Below, in pieces: positions 39,455 to 50,159 of a stretch of 64,000 nt of DNA. Each line of letters begins with the position of its first letter. Within the stretch, counting starts at the first letter, position 1. The DNA lies in assembly GCA_030433255.1 (NCBI GenBank), contig JAUIMI010000001.1, positions 311,362 to 375,361 of the forward strand. The letters run 5' to 3'. A model generated the notes under the pieces. It worked only from the letters and a program-made list of their open reading frames with translations, was not told the origin of the DNA and made no database searches. The DNA comes from a bacterium (GTDB lineage: Bacteria; Patescibacteriota; Minisyncoccia; Phycocordibacterales; UBA1006). A program made the position numbers and the translations under genes.

Positions 39455-39769
39455 CTATTTGTTTTCAAGGAGGCTATTGCTCTCCTCTGATTTACTTTCT
39501 TGTTCACGTAGCTCTTTAATCTTGTTATCAAGCTCACGTACCTCTTTTGAAATTTTTCTATAAAGAATAATAACGCCAGTCCAAGAAATAATAAAAGCCA
39601 GAGGAAATAAATAAAAATACGATATGTCTAGATACCAGTGTATTACTATAGCTAACACTATTGGTACGAGAAATATAGCTGCTATTTGTATACCTAAATG
39701 TAAAATTTTACCAGCATACGCATCACGTTTTTTTATAAGTTTCTCTAGCTCCATAATAAAATATGACAT
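39455..39769 (-). CDS. AtpI/AtpZ-like small membrane protein upstream of atpB
   Basis: Two TM helices are present. Its position at the head of the atp operon supports the call. Confidence 0.5.
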   Translation of the reverse strand: MSYFIMELEKLIKKRDAYAGKILHLGIQIAAIFLVPIVLAIVIHWYLDISYFYLFPLAFIISWTGVIILYRKISKEVRELDNKIKELREQESKSEESNSLLENK

Positions 39770-39840
39770 CGCGTCTAAACAATGTCGCGCTCAGTATAGC
39801 ATGAGAGTTGATATGGGCAAGAAAAAACCCATATATTAAA

Positions 39841-40218
39841 TTAATATGGGTTCTCATTTGGTTTTAATGAAATTGGTTCAAAAATTAATGATACATTTTG
39901 TTCATAATGAACTTGTTGTTTGTTTTTAAAAGATATAAAACTATCTTTTAAATCTAAAAATTTAACTTTTTTAACCTCAACCAGATAAATCTTATTATAA
40001 ATTACATAACCAAAAATTTTTCTCTGAATTTTGCGTTTTTTATAAATAGATTTAAACCTTCTTAATACCTCTGTCTTGGTAATTTCACGCATTGGTGAAC
40101 CTTCTCTTACAAGACATTCATCATCCACATCAACATACACATATGCAGTGGATTCATCTAGTAACTCATCTTGTTCTTTTCCAAAAACAAAATAAAAGAA
40201 TTTCAAAAATCTGTTCAT
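39841..40218 (-). CDS. hypothetical protein
   Basis: The ORF has no recognisable domain. Confidence 0.3.
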   Translation of the reverse strand: MNRFLKFFYFVFGKEQDELLDESTAYVYVDVDDECLVREGSPMREITKTEVLRRFKSIYKKRKIQRKIFGYVIYNKIYLVEVKKVKFLDLKDSFISFKNKQQVHYEQNVSLIFEPISLKPNENPY

Positions 40219-40271
40219 ATTATTTAATTTTAGGGAGTAAAAATTATTTATCTAAATTATAACAAACAAAA

Positions 40272-40300
40272 AACAACATAACAAAATTATGTTGTTTTTT
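40272..40300. terminator. hairpin terminator adjacent to tRNA-Ile
   Basis: A 10-bp stem AACAACATAA-caaaat-TTATGTTGTT is followed by a T-run on the plus strand and TTTGTTTGTT on the minus strand. Confidence 0.45.
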
Positions 40301-40302
40301 TG

Positions 40303-40376
40303 TGCGCATGCTAGGACTTGAACCTAGGACCTCGTCATTATCAGTGACGCGCTCTAACCACCTGAGCTACACGCGC
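40303..40376 (-). tRNA. tRNA-Ile (anticodon GAU)
   Basis: The reverse complement folds as acceptor GCGCGTG/CATGCGC and D-arm GCTC-AGGTGGTTA-GAGC. The anticodon arm is CGTCA-CTGATAA-TGACG and the T-arm CTAGG-TTCAAGT-CCTAG. No CCA is encoded. Confidence 0.85.
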
Positions 40377-40454
40377 AAATTCAATTAACTGAAACCTCAG
40401 TCGATTGAAATAGTATATCAAAAATATGATTTTTGCAAATACAAAATATTATGA

Positions 40455-41069
40455 CTATTTGGTAATATTCTCAAATAATTCTGGAAACGTTTCATCAAGA
40501 AAATGAAAACGATTACTAAATACATGTAATTGTGATTTTGGTAAATGTTCGTGATATTTTTTAGACTCCGAAAAAGGAACAATGGTGTCGTCTGTGGAAT
40601 GGTAAATATGAATATTTTCAATATTATTCTCAAAAAAATTTTTTGGAAATTCTTGTATTTTAAAATCAGCTAATTGCTCTATGTCATCTTCATAATCATA
40701 GACTGCCGCAACTAGATGTAATTGTTTAATATTAATAGGTAATTTGTTTTCAGATAAATATTTTCCTAAAAAGGTACCACCCAAAGAGTGGCCAATCAAA
40801 ATTACATTTTCATTAAGAAATGGGATTAATTTTTCAAACCATATTTTCCATTCTATATATTTAGCATTATTTTTACTTGGCATTATTGGTGCATAGACTT
40901 CATATAAATTAGTATCTAAATACCGATAGTAATTTTTACTCCAGCGACTTTGATCTTGGGGATGCTCAAAAGAAATATCAAGTTCATTTTTTAAAATAGA
41001 CAAATATCTTTCATACGAATTAAAGGCCATTCCACCATGTATATGTACTATCTGTTGTTTTTGACTCAT
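40455..41069 (-). CDS. alpha/beta hydrolase fold protein (lipase/esterase-like)
   Basis: The nucleophile elbow is LIGHSLGG. Its size of about 200 aa fits. Confidence 0.6.
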   Translation of the reverse strand: MSQKQQIVHIHGGMAFNSYERYLSILKNELDISFEHPQDQSRWSKNYYRYLDTNLYEVYAPIMPSKNNAKYIEWKIWFEKLIPFLNENVILIGHSLGGTFLGKYLSENKLPINIKQLHLVAAVYDYEDDIEQLADFKIQEFPKNFFENNIENIHIYHSTDDTIVPFSESKKYHEHLPKSQLHVFSNRFHFLDETFPELFENITK

Positions 41070-41098
41070 TGAATTAAGTATAACAAAAAAAACAAAGA

Positions 41099-42100
41099 TT
41101 ACTCTTCGTTTTCTAATTCATCTTGTTTTTCTAAGATAACGTCTATAACCTTTGCTAACGAACCTGTCATAATACCATTGATATTTGACCATGATTCTTT
41201 AATCCGATGGTCGGTAATGCGATCTTGTGGAAAATTATACGTTCGAATTTTTTCAGACCTATCTCCTGTTCCAATTTGTTTACGTCTCATTCCATCTTGT
41301 TTTGCTCGGTCTTCTTCATCTTTGATGGCTTGTAATTTAGATTTTAAAATTGAAAGCGCAGCTTCTTTGTTTTTTAACTGTGTTCTATGTGCTGTTGATC
41401 GAACATCTAAACCAGATGGTTTATGGATAACCCGTACTGCTGTTTCTACCTTATTAACGTTTTGTCCACCAGCTCCACCTGAACGCGAAGTTTCAAATTC
41501 CAAATCTCCTGGGTTAAGTTCAATAGTGGTTCTTTTAAACAATGGCATAACCGCAACAGAAACAGTTGAGGTGTGAATGCGGCCTTGTTTTTCAGTTGCC
41601 GGAATACGTTGTACTCGATGCACTCCTGTTTCCCATTGTAGGTATTTATAGACATCTTCACCTTTAATTTCAAATGAGGCTTCTTTGTATCCACCTAATT
41701 CATTCAAGGATGTATCAATGAGTGACCATGACCACGGCATTGTTTCTGCATACCGTTCATACATTTCTGCTATTTCTTTTGCAAACAATGATGCCTCATC
41801 GCCACCAGCTCCAGCACGAATTTCCAAAATAATTTCACGTGGAGATTCTTTATCTGCTTCTTCTTCTTTTGCGATGATGTCATTGGCCTGAGTAATAAAT
41901 CCATTAATTTGTTTAACAAGCGTATTAATTTCTTCCTTAACAAGGTCTTCCATTCCTGGTTCTTTTGCCATGTTTTTTGTTTCGTCTAATTTCCAACCAA
42001 GTTCTATAATTTGAGTTGCAAAATAATTTGTACTTGGACTAGATTTAATTTTTTCAATATCGTGTTCAATAATTTCCATAGATACCATACAGCATAGCAA
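41099..42100 (-). CDS. prfA: peptide chain release factor 1
   Basis: The GGQ motif (RSGGAGGQNVNKVETAVR) is present. The tripeptide anticodon PAT (PxT) is of the RF1 type. The true start may be the internal Met at MEIIEHD. Confidence 0.85.
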   Translation of the reverse strand: MLCCMVSMEIIEHDIEKIKSSPSTNYFATQIIELGWKLDETKNMAKEPGMEDLVKEEINTLVKQINGFITQANDIIAKEEEADKESPREIILEIRAGAGGDEASLFAKEIAEMYERYAETMPWSWSLIDTSLNELGGYKEASFEIKGEDVYKYLQWETGVHRVQRIPATEKQGRIHTSTVSVAVMPLFKRTTIELNPGDLEFETSRSGGAGGQNVNKVETAVRVIHKPSGLDVRSTAHRTQLKNKEAALSILKSKLQAIKDEEDRAKQDGMRRKQIGTGDRSEKIRTYNFPQDRITDHRIKESWSNINGIMTGSLAKVIDVILEKQDELENEE

Positions 42101-42151
42101 AAATAGGCAAATAAAAAACCCAATACCTGGTAGGTATTGGGTTTTTTCTAA

Positions 42152-42655
42152 TTAGATTTTCTTAGAAACAAGTTCTTTATTATTTTTTGATTTTTCTTTT
42201 TTAATTTCCTTAGCTAAAAGTAAAAAGTTTCTGATTTTTTTCTCATACAAGTTTAACTGCTCAAGATACTCGATTTTATACTTAATTTCTCCTGTTCCAA
42301 AATCAGGTAACAACATACCAGATTGAATGAATCCATAATATTCCTTAACAAAAACACCTTTATCTTCTATTGATATTTCTCTTAAATTATAATAATCATA
42401 ACGATCCAAGGAATTTTCAAAAAATAGTAGAGTTGTTTCTGATTTTTTTTGAACACCTATAATAAATAGATTGTTATTATAATCACGCGCACTCACAAAC
42501 ATCATTTTCTCATCGCCAAGAAAATCAAAAACAGTATCAAAACTGTTTTCAAAACCTGCTTTTAAATATTGTTCCGATACTTTTGTTTGTGAAAAAGCAA
42601 ATATCGGAAAGTATAAGATCAAAAGAAATAATTTAAGAATGATTATTTTTTTCAT
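42152..42655 (-). CDS. secreted hypothetical protein
   Basis: A signal peptide is present and no recognisable domain. Confidence 0.35.
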   Translation of the reverse strand: MKKIIILKLFLLILYFPIFAFSQTKVSEQYLKAGFENSFDTVFDFLGDEKMMFVSARDYNNNLFIIGVQKKSETTLLFFENSLDRYDYYNLREISIEDKGVFVKEYYGFIQSGMLLPDFGTGEIKYKIEYLEQLNLYEKKIRNFLLLAKEIKKEKSKNNKELVSKKI

Positions 42656-42708
42656 AACATCTCATTGTTAAGACTTTATTTGATTAAATCATATAAATAA
42701 AAAACCAC

Positions 42709-43038
42709 CTAGTCTTTTTTCTGGTAGTTTTCTAGAAGAACTTCAAAATTAGGAATTTCAATCTCAGCATCATAATTATCTTGAACATGTTTTGCAGCGT
42801 GCACAACACGACGTTTACATTGTTCAACATCAAATGACAATTGATTGTGAAGTTCGAAATCATATTTATCACTCTTAAAATTTTTATGCTCAACCTGTTC
42901 TAAATATTGATCATATAAGTCATACATTCTGTGCACTTCTTCAACAACAATTTCACGATAATTTTCAACAGCTTGTTCTTTTTCTCTATTACTGTATTGA
43001 TGATCTGTTTTTTTAGATTTTTTAATATCTACACTCAT
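42709..43038 (-). CDS. hypothetical protein
   Basis: The protein is charged and helical with no recognisable domain. Confidence 0.35.
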   Translation of the reverse strand: MSVDIKKSKKTDHQYSNREKEQAVENYREIVVEEVHRMYDLYDQYLEQVEHKNFKSDKYDFELHNQLSFDVEQCKRRVVHAAKHVQDNYDAEIEIPNFEVLLENYQKKD

Positions 43039-43110
43039 TACGTACGTTATTATATCATTTTATAAAAAATAAAAAAATCAAACCATACAAATATATGGTT
43101 TGATTTTTTA

Positions 43111-43374
43111 TTATTTTTTTGATGCTTCCATTCGTTTTCGGAATTTCTCTGCTCGTCCTGCAGTATCAAGACGTTTTTCTGTTCCTGTATAAAAAGGATG
43201 AGAAGCAGAAGAAATTTCAACTTTTACTAATGGGTACTCATTTCCATCTTCCCATTTTACCATCTCTTCAGATGGCATTGTTGATGAGATAAGAAATTGT
43301 TCTCCACTTGCATTATCATGGAATACTACCTTTCGGTAATCTTGTGGGTGAATATCATTCTTCATAATGCCCAA
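43111..43374 (-). CDS. rpmE: 50S ribosomal protein L31 (type B, non-zinc form)
   Basis: [15 protein letters not shown] ... HPFYTG ... RFRKR is the L31 pattern. The Cys-x-x-Cys pairs are absent. Confidence 0.8.
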   Translation of the reverse strand: MGIMKNDIHPQDYRKVVFHDNASGEQFLISSTMPSEEMVKWEDGNEYPLVKVEISSASHPFYTGTEKRLDTAGRAEKFRKRMEASKK

Positions 43375-43412
43375 ATACTATCATATTGTTTGAATTATAC
43401 AAGTAATTAATA

Positions 43413-44774
43413 TTATTTGATTAAATCAATATTAGATTGGATTTTAATGGCACGATTCATTACCCCATTTCCGTAAAATGCATTTTGAACACTTGGATCA
43501 GAACAACTTCTTCCTGAATAATATTTACATGCAGCGTCTTTCTCAGCACTGTATGTCTGTGCTCCTGCACCTAAATCAGCCACATAAAGTGCTGTTGCAT
43601 GGATTGCGTGACGTGCATTCCATGGATCTGCAGTTGTTGCACCAACAGAACGAGCAATTCTACTTTCATAGCTTGTCCATGTTGCTGGAATAAATTGCGA
43701 AGGTCCCATGGCTCCACCCCAACCTGAATAACTACCATTGATTTTAATAGGACATGACAGTGGTGTCCCAATAAGTGGTCTACCTAATTTTTTCATAAGT
43801 GCCTTATAAATAGTTTGGTCATCTCGCCACGAACCACTATTAGGACCAGGCATTATGTCGCTCCAAATTGGTTCACTCGTATTTCGGTTACAGGTTCCTA
43901 CATTTTTTCCAAGGTTTGATTCTTGCTCTAGAATTGCCAAAATAAATGCTGGACGTACACCTGTTTTATCACCTGCTTCTTTTGCATATTGATACGCAGT
44001 ACCAAATTCAATTCCACCACCAGCAAGATCTCTCAATTCAAATAATTTACTTGCAATCTCAGCAGCCTCTGCTTCTCGAAGTTTTTGTAGTTCAGCTAAG
44101 GATGCTTCTTTTTGCTCACTAACAGCAAGTGCTTGGTCACGTTGTTTTTTTTGATCTTCAATTTTTTTCTGTTCTACCTGCAAACTATACTTTGCTGCTG
44201 CTTCATCTTCTCGTTTTTGTTCAAGTGCAGATTTTTGTCCGTAAATATCAACCTTAAGTTGATCAATAATCTGAAATGAGTCTGAAAGCGAGCTTTGCAC
44301 GTATGAAAAAGCTGGAGCGTCTTCATAAAAATCAGAAACCTGTTCTGAACTTAAAATAAGCTCAAAGAGTGTTGCGTCATCTAATTCATAACGTTTCCTT
44401 AGAATCTTTTCAAGTGATTCTTTTTCTCGCCGTAATTTAGCATTTAAATCGTCTAGACTTTTTTCTTTGTCGACAATATCGTCCTTGATATTGTTAATAA
44501 GGCTATTTTTTTTATTAATTTCTGAAGAAGTTTTTTGTATTTCCCCTGTTAATTTATTGATTTCTGTTCCAAGTTCTTGCTGGATTTCAACTTCTACCTG
44601 TTTACCTGCTTGAATAATAACGATTTCCTTACTAATTTCTTGAATACGTTTTCGACAATCTTCTTCATTTTCTTCTTGATTACATTTACTTGTATCAAAC
44701 TGTGCATCTACCGGTAAGGTAGATAACAAAGCAAAAAAAAGCAGTACGCTCAGTATTTGATAATATTTGTTCAT
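43413..44774 (-). CDS. secreted coiled-coil protein with a C-terminal MltB-like lytic transglycosylase (SLT_2) domain
   Basis: A signal peptide and about 250 aa of coiled coil are present. The C-terminal domain has LAILEQESNLG (catalytic Glu-Ser) and GWGGAMGPSQFIPATW. Confidence 0.65.
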   Translation of the reverse strand: MNKYYQILSVLLFFALLSTLPVDAQFDTSKCNQEENEEDCRKRIQEISKEIVIIQAGKQVEVEIQQELGTEINKLTGEIQKTSSEINKKNSLINNIKDDIVDKEKSLDDLNAKLRREKESLEKILRKRYELDDATLFELILSSEQVSDFYEDAPAFSYVQSSLSDSFQIIDQLKVDIYGQKSALEQKREDEAAAKYSLQVEQKKIEDQKKQRDQALAVSEQKEASLAELQKLREAEAAEIASKLFELRDLAGGGIEFGTAYQYAKEAGDKTGVRPAFILAILEQESNLGKNVGTCNRNTSEPIWSDIMPGPNSGSWRDDQTIYKALMKKLGRPLIGTPLSCPIKINGSYSGWGGAMGPSQFIPATWTSYESRIARSVGATTADPWNARHAIHATALYVADLGAGAQTYSAEKDAACKYYSGRSCSDPSVQNAFYGNGVMNRAIKIQSNIDLIK

Positions 44775-44819
44775 AGCAATATTATATCAAAAATAAAAAA
44801 CATACCTACTTGGTATGTT

Positions 44820-45098
44820 TTATGCTTGTACTAAAAAATCAATATGTAATATTTTTCCTGAAACAACATGAACTTGCATGTCTTTCATGATAACTGTTTT
44901 TGTAGTACCTTCGATATTTAACGTAAATGGTTCTGTATCGCGAACGTCTCGCCAAACTGAACGAACTTCATTTTCCATAACTGATACTGGAATATTTTCA
45001 ATCCCTTTTCCGTATACAATTGCTGGAACTGCACCTTCTGATCGAATTGCATCTAATGATACGCTTACATCTCGTTTTTTTGCTTCCAAAGTTTTCAT
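44820..45098 (-). CDS. rplY: 50S ribosomal protein L25 (short form)
   Basis: LEAKKRDVSVSLDAIRSEGAVPAIVYGKG is the L25/Ctc N-domain pattern. The length is 92 aa. Confidence 0.7.
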   Translation of the reverse strand: MKTLEAKKRDVSVSLDAIRSEGAVPAIVYGKGIENIPVSVMENEVRSVWRDVRDTEPFTLNIEGTTKTVIMKDMQVHVVSGKILHIDFLVQA

Positions 45099-45156
45099 AT
45101 GCTGAGCATTATAGATAGATTGTCATAAATTGCAAGAATAAATCATTCTAAAGATT

Positions 45157-47076
45157 TTATCTTATTTCTGCACCAATTTTTTCTAATTCAGAAATAACAT
45201 TATTCATATCATTATCAACCTCATCATCCGTAAGTGTTTTTTCGTTTGATTGAAATACAAGTGAAAATGCAAATGAAGTCTTTCCTTCCTTTTCAAAGGT
45301 GTCAAATAAGAATACTTTTTGCAAGAAATTTGTCTTTGTACTTAATATAAGAGATTGTAACCCTTCTTCTGAATATCCTTCGGGAGACCAAAATGAAACA
45401 TCACGCGTAATAAAAGGATAGATTGATATACTGTGGAACACATCTGATTCGGTGTAACTTTTATTATTAAATAGTTCATCATATTCATCAGGAGTAGTTA
45501 ATTTCTCTGCAACCTCTGAAAGATTAATATTTAAGGTATTTCCATGAAATTCAGTAATTACATCAAAAGCAAATAGTTCTTTAATTTCCTTCAGTAATAT
45601 CTCTAACTGAACATGTTCTAATCCGTATTTTTTATTGGCTGATTTTCCATTATTTTGAATACCAATACTACATATAGCTTGCTCTTCCTCCTTTGTATAC
45701 ACTCGTCCAATTTCAAAAATTTTAATTTGGTTGGTACCAAAATAATCGACATTACGTATATTTTTTTCTAGAGACTCGTTTATCTGTTTATGTAGTGTTT
45801 TACGTAACGATTTTTTATCGCTTGCTATTGGATTAAACATTTCGATATCACCTTTTTTAACAAAAGAATAGGTCATAACATCAGAAAAACCTTTCTGAAT
45901 TAAAAAATTACGTAATTGCTGTTCAACAAAAATATTTTTATTAATTTTTGGGGTAAATATATAATTATCTAGTGATTTCGCTTTAATATTATGATATCCA
46001 TAAATACGACCAATTTCTTCGATAATATCTTCAGTAATAGTTATATCCAAACGATTATACGGAACATGTACTGTATATACTCCATCATGGTAATGATTTT
46101 GATAATTTAAACGCTCTAAAATAGCATCAACATCTGATTGATTAATTGAAACACCAAGTAGTGATTGAATTTGAGTTAGACTAACCATTACAGTCGTTTG
46201 TGGCTCTTGCTTAGGATAGATATCATTTAGTTCACCTAATACTAACTCATCAGTATGCGCACAATCAGAAACAAGACGAGACACTGATTCCATAGCAATA
46301 GGAGCTAATTCTGAACTTATCCCATTCTCAAAACGCTTTGATGCATCAGTTAATATTTTCACACGTCGTGCTGTTGTTCTGGTCGTTGTTGGATTAAAGT
46401 TAGCCACCTCAAGAACAATGTTTTTTGTATTTTCGTCCACTTCTGCTTTTGTTCCACCTTTTACCCCAGCAAGTGCCAAAATACCTTCATCATCAGCAAC
46501 AACCAAATCAGTCTCTAACAACTCAATAGTTTCCCCCGACAAGGTATCCATAGTTTCTCCTGCGTGAGCATTTCGAATAGTAATGTCTCCAGTAACTTTA
46601 TCAGCATCAAAAGCATGCATTGGGTTTCCAGTATCGAACATTACATAATTAGTTGCATCAACAATATTATTAATAGAACGTTGACCTATTGATGCTATGC
46701 GTTCCTGTAACCACCTTGGTGAATCATGGACTGATATATTATTGATAGTCCGTGCAATATATCTATAACACTGTTCAGTGTTTGTAATGGTTACCGAAAT
46801 ACTATCATGAGCGTGCGAAACAGAATTATGATAATGATAACGCTCTTTTTTTAGTTCATACCCGGTAAGAGCCTTGTACTCATGTGCTATCCCGGAATAC
46901 GACAAACAATCATGTGCACGATTTGGAAGTACATCAATGTCAATAACTGCATCATTATCAGTATATTCAATTCCCTCTATCTCAAAAGAATGCAGCATTA
47001 AGGTATCTGCAATAGATTGTGCGTCAGGTAATTCAGTTTCAAAATAGCTTTGCAGCCAGTTTCGTGAAATAAGCAT
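45157..47076 (-). CDS. pheT: phenylalanine--tRNA ligase beta subunit (short form lacking the N-terminal tRNA-binding domain)
   Basis: The B3/B4 and B5 domains are present. The C-terminal FDX-ACB domain reads FLFDTFEKEGKTSFAFSLVFQS. The length is 639 aa against a typical figure of about 800. It is tightly coupled to pheS. Confidence 0.9.
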   Translation of the reverse strand: MLISRNWLQSYFETELPDAQSIADTLMLHSFEIEGIEYTDNDAVIDIDVLPNRAHDCLSYSGIAHEYKALTGYELKKERYHYHNSVSHAHDSISVTITNTEQCYRYIARTINNISVHDSPRWLQERIASIGQRSINNIVDATNYVMFDTGNPMHAFDADKVTGDITIRNAHAGETMDTLSGETIELLETDLVVADDEGILALAGVKGGTKAEVDENTKNIVLEVANFNPTTTRTTARRVKILTDASKRFENGISSELAPIAMESVSRLVSDCAHTDELVLGELNDIYPKQEPQTTVMVSLTQIQSLLGVSINQSDVDAILERLNYQNHYHDGVYTVHVPYNRLDITITEDIIEEIGRIYGYHNIKAKSLDNYIFTPKINKNIFVEQQLRNFLIQKGFSDVMTYSFVKKGDIEMFNPIASDKKSLRKTLHKQINESLEKNIRNVDYFGTNQIKIFEIGRVYTKEEEQAICSIGIQNNGKSANKKYGLEHVQLEILLKEIKELFAFDVITEFHGNTLNINLSEVAEKLTTPDEYDELFNNKSYTESDVFHSISIYPFITRDVSFWSPEGYSEEGLQSLILSTKTNFLQKVFLFDTFEKEGKTSFAFSLVFQSNEKTLTDDEVDNDMNNVISELEKIGAEIR

Positions 47077-47077
47077 A

Positions 47078-47806
47078 TTATTTATTATCGTTTACATCTG
47101 AGTAAATAGCATCATGAAGTTTTAAATCTCCTTGGTACATAAGTCGAATATCTTCTACATTATATTTCATCATGGTTAATCTATCGATGCCAACACCAAA
47201 AGCGAAACCAGAATATTTTTCAGGATCGATACCAACATTACGTAATACATTCGGGTGTACCATTCCTGCCCCTAAGACCTCCATCCAGGTATCACCAAAT
47301 TTCAAATCAATCTCAATACCTGGCTCAACAAAAGGAAAATATCCTGGCCTGAAACGAAATTCAATAGGTCGACCATAGTAATTATGCAAAAACGTCTCTA
47401 GTGTGCCTTTCAGGTGAGCCAACGAGATTCCTTCCCCCACAACGAGACCTTCAACTTGATAAAATTGCACTTCATGTGTTTTATCAGTCGCTTCTTGTCT
47501 AAAAACTTTCCCAGGAGCAATAATTTTTAAAGGAAGTTCTCGTCCTGACTTAATAAATTCTTCCATAAAACGAATTTGTACAGAAGATGTATGCGTACGC
47601 AAAACTTTTTTTTCTTTACCTCGAACAAAAAATGTATCCTGCATATCACGTGCTGGGTGATTTTTTGGAACGTTGAGTGCGTCAAAATTATGCCACTCAT
47701 CTTCAATATGTGGACCGTCCGCAATCTCAAACCCCATATCAACAAAAATATTGCTAATAGTTCTAATTGTTTGTGAAAGTGGATGTAATTTTCCTGTATT
47801 TTTCAT
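47078..47806 (-). CDS. pheS: phenylalanine--tRNA ligase alpha subunit (catalytic core only)
   Basis: Class II motifs are present (FRPGYFPFVEPGIEIDL, GAGMVHP, GFAFGVGIDRL). The length is 242 aa, so the usual N-terminal extension is absent. Confidence 0.9.
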   Translation of the reverse strand: MKNTGKLHPLSQTIRTISNIFVDMGFEIADGPHIEDEWHNFDALNVPKNHPARDMQDTFFVRGKEKKVLRTHTSSVQIRFMEEFIKSGRELPLKIIAPGKVFRQEATDKTHEVQFYQVEGLVVGEGISLAHLKGTLETFLHNYYGRPIEFRFRPGYFPFVEPGIEIDLKFGDTWMEVLGAGMVHPNVLRNVGIDPEKYSGFAFGVGIDRLTMMKYNVEDIRLMYQGDLKLHDAIYSDVNDNK

Positions 47807-47902
47807 ACTATCGAGTGTACCTGAAATAGAACTATTTATAAATATATTGACATAAATATTTATACGTGATATAAAATTAAAAACACATTAAAATTAACCA
47901 TT

Positions 47903-48178
47903 ATGAAAAAATCTGATTTTATAACAATAGGACATTGTTTTTTTATGCTTATTCTTCTTTTGTGGTTTGTAACAGGTGCGAGTGCTGTAGTTAGCACAGA
48001 TCCAAACAATTGGAGTGCTGAAATATATTTAGGCACATGCCTTCTTACAATTTATATTTATAAAAAAATATTTAATAAAAAAATAAAAAAAATATTTAAT
48101 GCCATAGAGCGAGCAGGAGACAAATTCGATGAAGACATAGAAACAATTACTAATTTTTTTGAGACAAAAAACAAATAA
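47903..48178 (+). CDS. hypothetical small membrane protein
   Basis: Two hydrophobic helices are present. Confidence 0.3.
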   Translation: MKKSDFITIGHCFFMLILLLWFVTGASAVVSTDPNNWSAEIYLGTCLLTIYIYKKIFNKKIKKIFNAIERAGDKFDEDIETITNFFETKNK

Positions 48179-48225
48179 GAAGATTAAATTCACAATAAAA
48201 ACCCTTAGAGATTCTTAAGGGTTTT

Positions 48226-49662
48226 TTATTTCAATAATTCAGTAAATAGTTCGGTAAGAATTTTAGGATTTCCTGCCCCTTTTGTTTCCTTCATTCCCAT
48301 TCCTACAAAGAATTTCATTAAGGTCTCCTTTCCTGCTTTATAATCTGCAACTTGATTAGGATTTGATTCAATAATCGATTGTACAACAGCTTTTAATACC
48401 TCAGGATCATTATCTTGAATAAGCCCTTTTTCGTTTGCAATAGTTTCTGGATCTCCACCGTCTTTAATTAAGATGGCCAAAATATCTTTACCACCACGGG
48501 AATTCAAATCCCCACCGTCAACCATAGTGATAAGTTTTGCGAACATTTTAGAATCTAATGTTTTCCATATATTCTTATTGAAATCCTTGAAATCATCTGA
48601 TTTTAAAATCCCAATAATATCAGACGTAATGTAGTTTGAAGCAGTCTTAATTAATTCTTTATCTTCATTAAAGTGAGATACAACTGACTCAAAGAACTGT
48701 GCCATCTCTTCATTTTGAATATACGATTCGATATCTTCTGCCTTAATTCTATATTCATTTTCATATCGAATACGTTTTGCTGGTGCTAATTCAGGTAATT
48801 CTGATTTCATTTTTTCTAAATCAAAAATTTCATGAAGATACAATTTTGGTAAATCTGGCTCTGGAAAATAACGATAATCTTTGGCGTTTTCTTTTGATCG
48901 TTGAGAGAAGGTAATTTGTTTTTGGTCATCCCACCCACGTGTTTCTTGAACTAACTCTTCTCCGTTTTCTAGTGCTTCAATCTGACGTCTAATTTCAAAT
49001 TCCGTTGCTTTACCAGCAGAGGCAATTGAACCAATATTCTTAACTTCAACTTTTGTTCCCAGTGTATCTGTTTTTGAAACAGATAAATTTACCTCAATAC
49101 GCATCTCCCCTTTTTCAATATTTGCATCTCCAGCATCAAGGTATCGTAATAGTAACTGTAATTCACGAGCAAAATTCATTACGTCATCACTGGTATGTAG
49201 TACTGGTTCAGTAACTAATTCCATTAGTGGCGCTCCTGCACGATTAAAATCAACCAATGAATAATCATCAAAGTGTTTTGAGGTTGCGGTATCTTCTTCT
49301 AGATGAATACGAGTTAACTCAAACCCAGCCAAGGAACCTCCAGAAACAATAGGATATTTATACTGTGATATTTGATACCCTTTTGGTATATCTGGATAAA
49401 AATAATTTTTTCTATCAAATTCAGTAAAGTTTGCAATAGTTCCATCAACAGCCAACCCAATACGGACCATATGTTCAACAGCCTTTTTATTAATAGTTGG
49501 TAGTGTTCCTGGGTGAGCTAGGTCAACAGGAGATATATTTTGATTTGGCCCTGCATGATGTGGATCATTTAATGACATTGAAAACATTTTTGTTTTTGTT
49601 TTTAAATGAGCGTGGATTTCTAATCCAATAGTTGCAGTATAACCTTTCATTTCTATATTCAT
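48226..49662 (-). CDS. gatB: Asp/Glu-tRNA amidotransferase subunit B
   Basis: The N-terminal GLEIHAHLKTKTKMF and the C-terminal GatB_YqeY domain are present. The length is 478 aa. Confidence 0.9.
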   Translation of the reverse strand: MNIEMKGYTATIGLEIHAHLKTKTKMFSMSLNDPHHAGPNQNISPVDLAHPGTLPTINKKAVEHMVRIGLAVDGTIANFTEFDRKNYFYPDIPKGYQISQYKYPIVSGGSLAGFELTRIHLEEDTATSKHFDDYSLVDFNRAGAPLMELVTEPVLHTSDDVMNFARELQLLLRYLDAGDANIEKGEMRIEVNLSVSKTDTLGTKVEVKNIGSIASAGKATEFEIRRQIEALENGEELVQETRGWDDQKQITFSQRSKENAKDYRYFPEPDLPKLYLHEIFDLEKMKSELPELAPAKRIRYENEYRIKAEDIESYIQNEEMAQFFESVVSHFNEDKELIKTASNYITSDIIGILKSDDFKDFNKNIWKTLDSKMFAKLITMVDGGDLNSRGGKDILAILIKDGGDPETIANEKGLIQDNDPEVLKAVVQSIIESNPNQVADYKAGKETLMKFFVGMGMKETKGAGNPKILTELFTELLK

Positions 49663-49754
49663 GTTTTCTATTCTAAAGGATGAGTAAGAAAATACAATGT
49701 TATTTGATTTTAATAAAAAAAGTGGTATTTTGAGTAAAAAATAAATAAATAATT

Positions 49755-50129
49755 ATGATATTGTATGCACCACAAGATTGGAAGAAAAAAAATACTCACT
49801 TTCCTATTTTGATTACCTATGAAACAGGGATACTTATAGAGAGAGAAGTGGCTAAGCAACTGCTTGAAATGTATCCTGACATTAATGACCTTTCGCAATT
49901 ACACAAAGAAAAAATTTCTGCTGATCGTTATCAAATAAATCTCAGATTTGATAAGTTAGATGTAATAGCTGGTTTTTCAACTAATATCTTCATTGTTAAA
50001 AATAGTATAACCAAAGAAAAATTATATGAATTTCTTAATTGGGATATATGTCAGAAAGAAAAAAATAAACGAATACGAAAAAAACTTTCTGGAAACATAT
50101 TCTTAAAACTGTTACGTACTTCCGCCTAA
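49755..50129 (+). CDS. hypothetical protein
   Basis: The ORF has no recognisable domain. Confidence 0.3.
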   Translation: MILYAPQDWKKKNTHFPILITYETGILIEREVAKQLLEMYPDINDLSQLHKEKISADRYQINLRFDKLDVIAGFSTNIFIVKNSITKEKLYEFLNWDICQKEKNKRIRKKLSGNIFLKLLRTSA

Positions 50130-50159
50130 AGAAAAACCCAACGAGAGTTGGGTTTTAAA

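Noticed and set aside
39624-39839. 71-aa plus-strand ORF antisense to the atpI-like gene
   Set aside because: It is antisense to the first gene of the atp operon and has no motif.
40272-40300. Hairpin next to tRNA-Ile as a plus-strand gene terminator
   Set aside because: No plus-strand gene lies upstream of it. It is more likely a bidirectional terminator serving the minus-strand tRNA.
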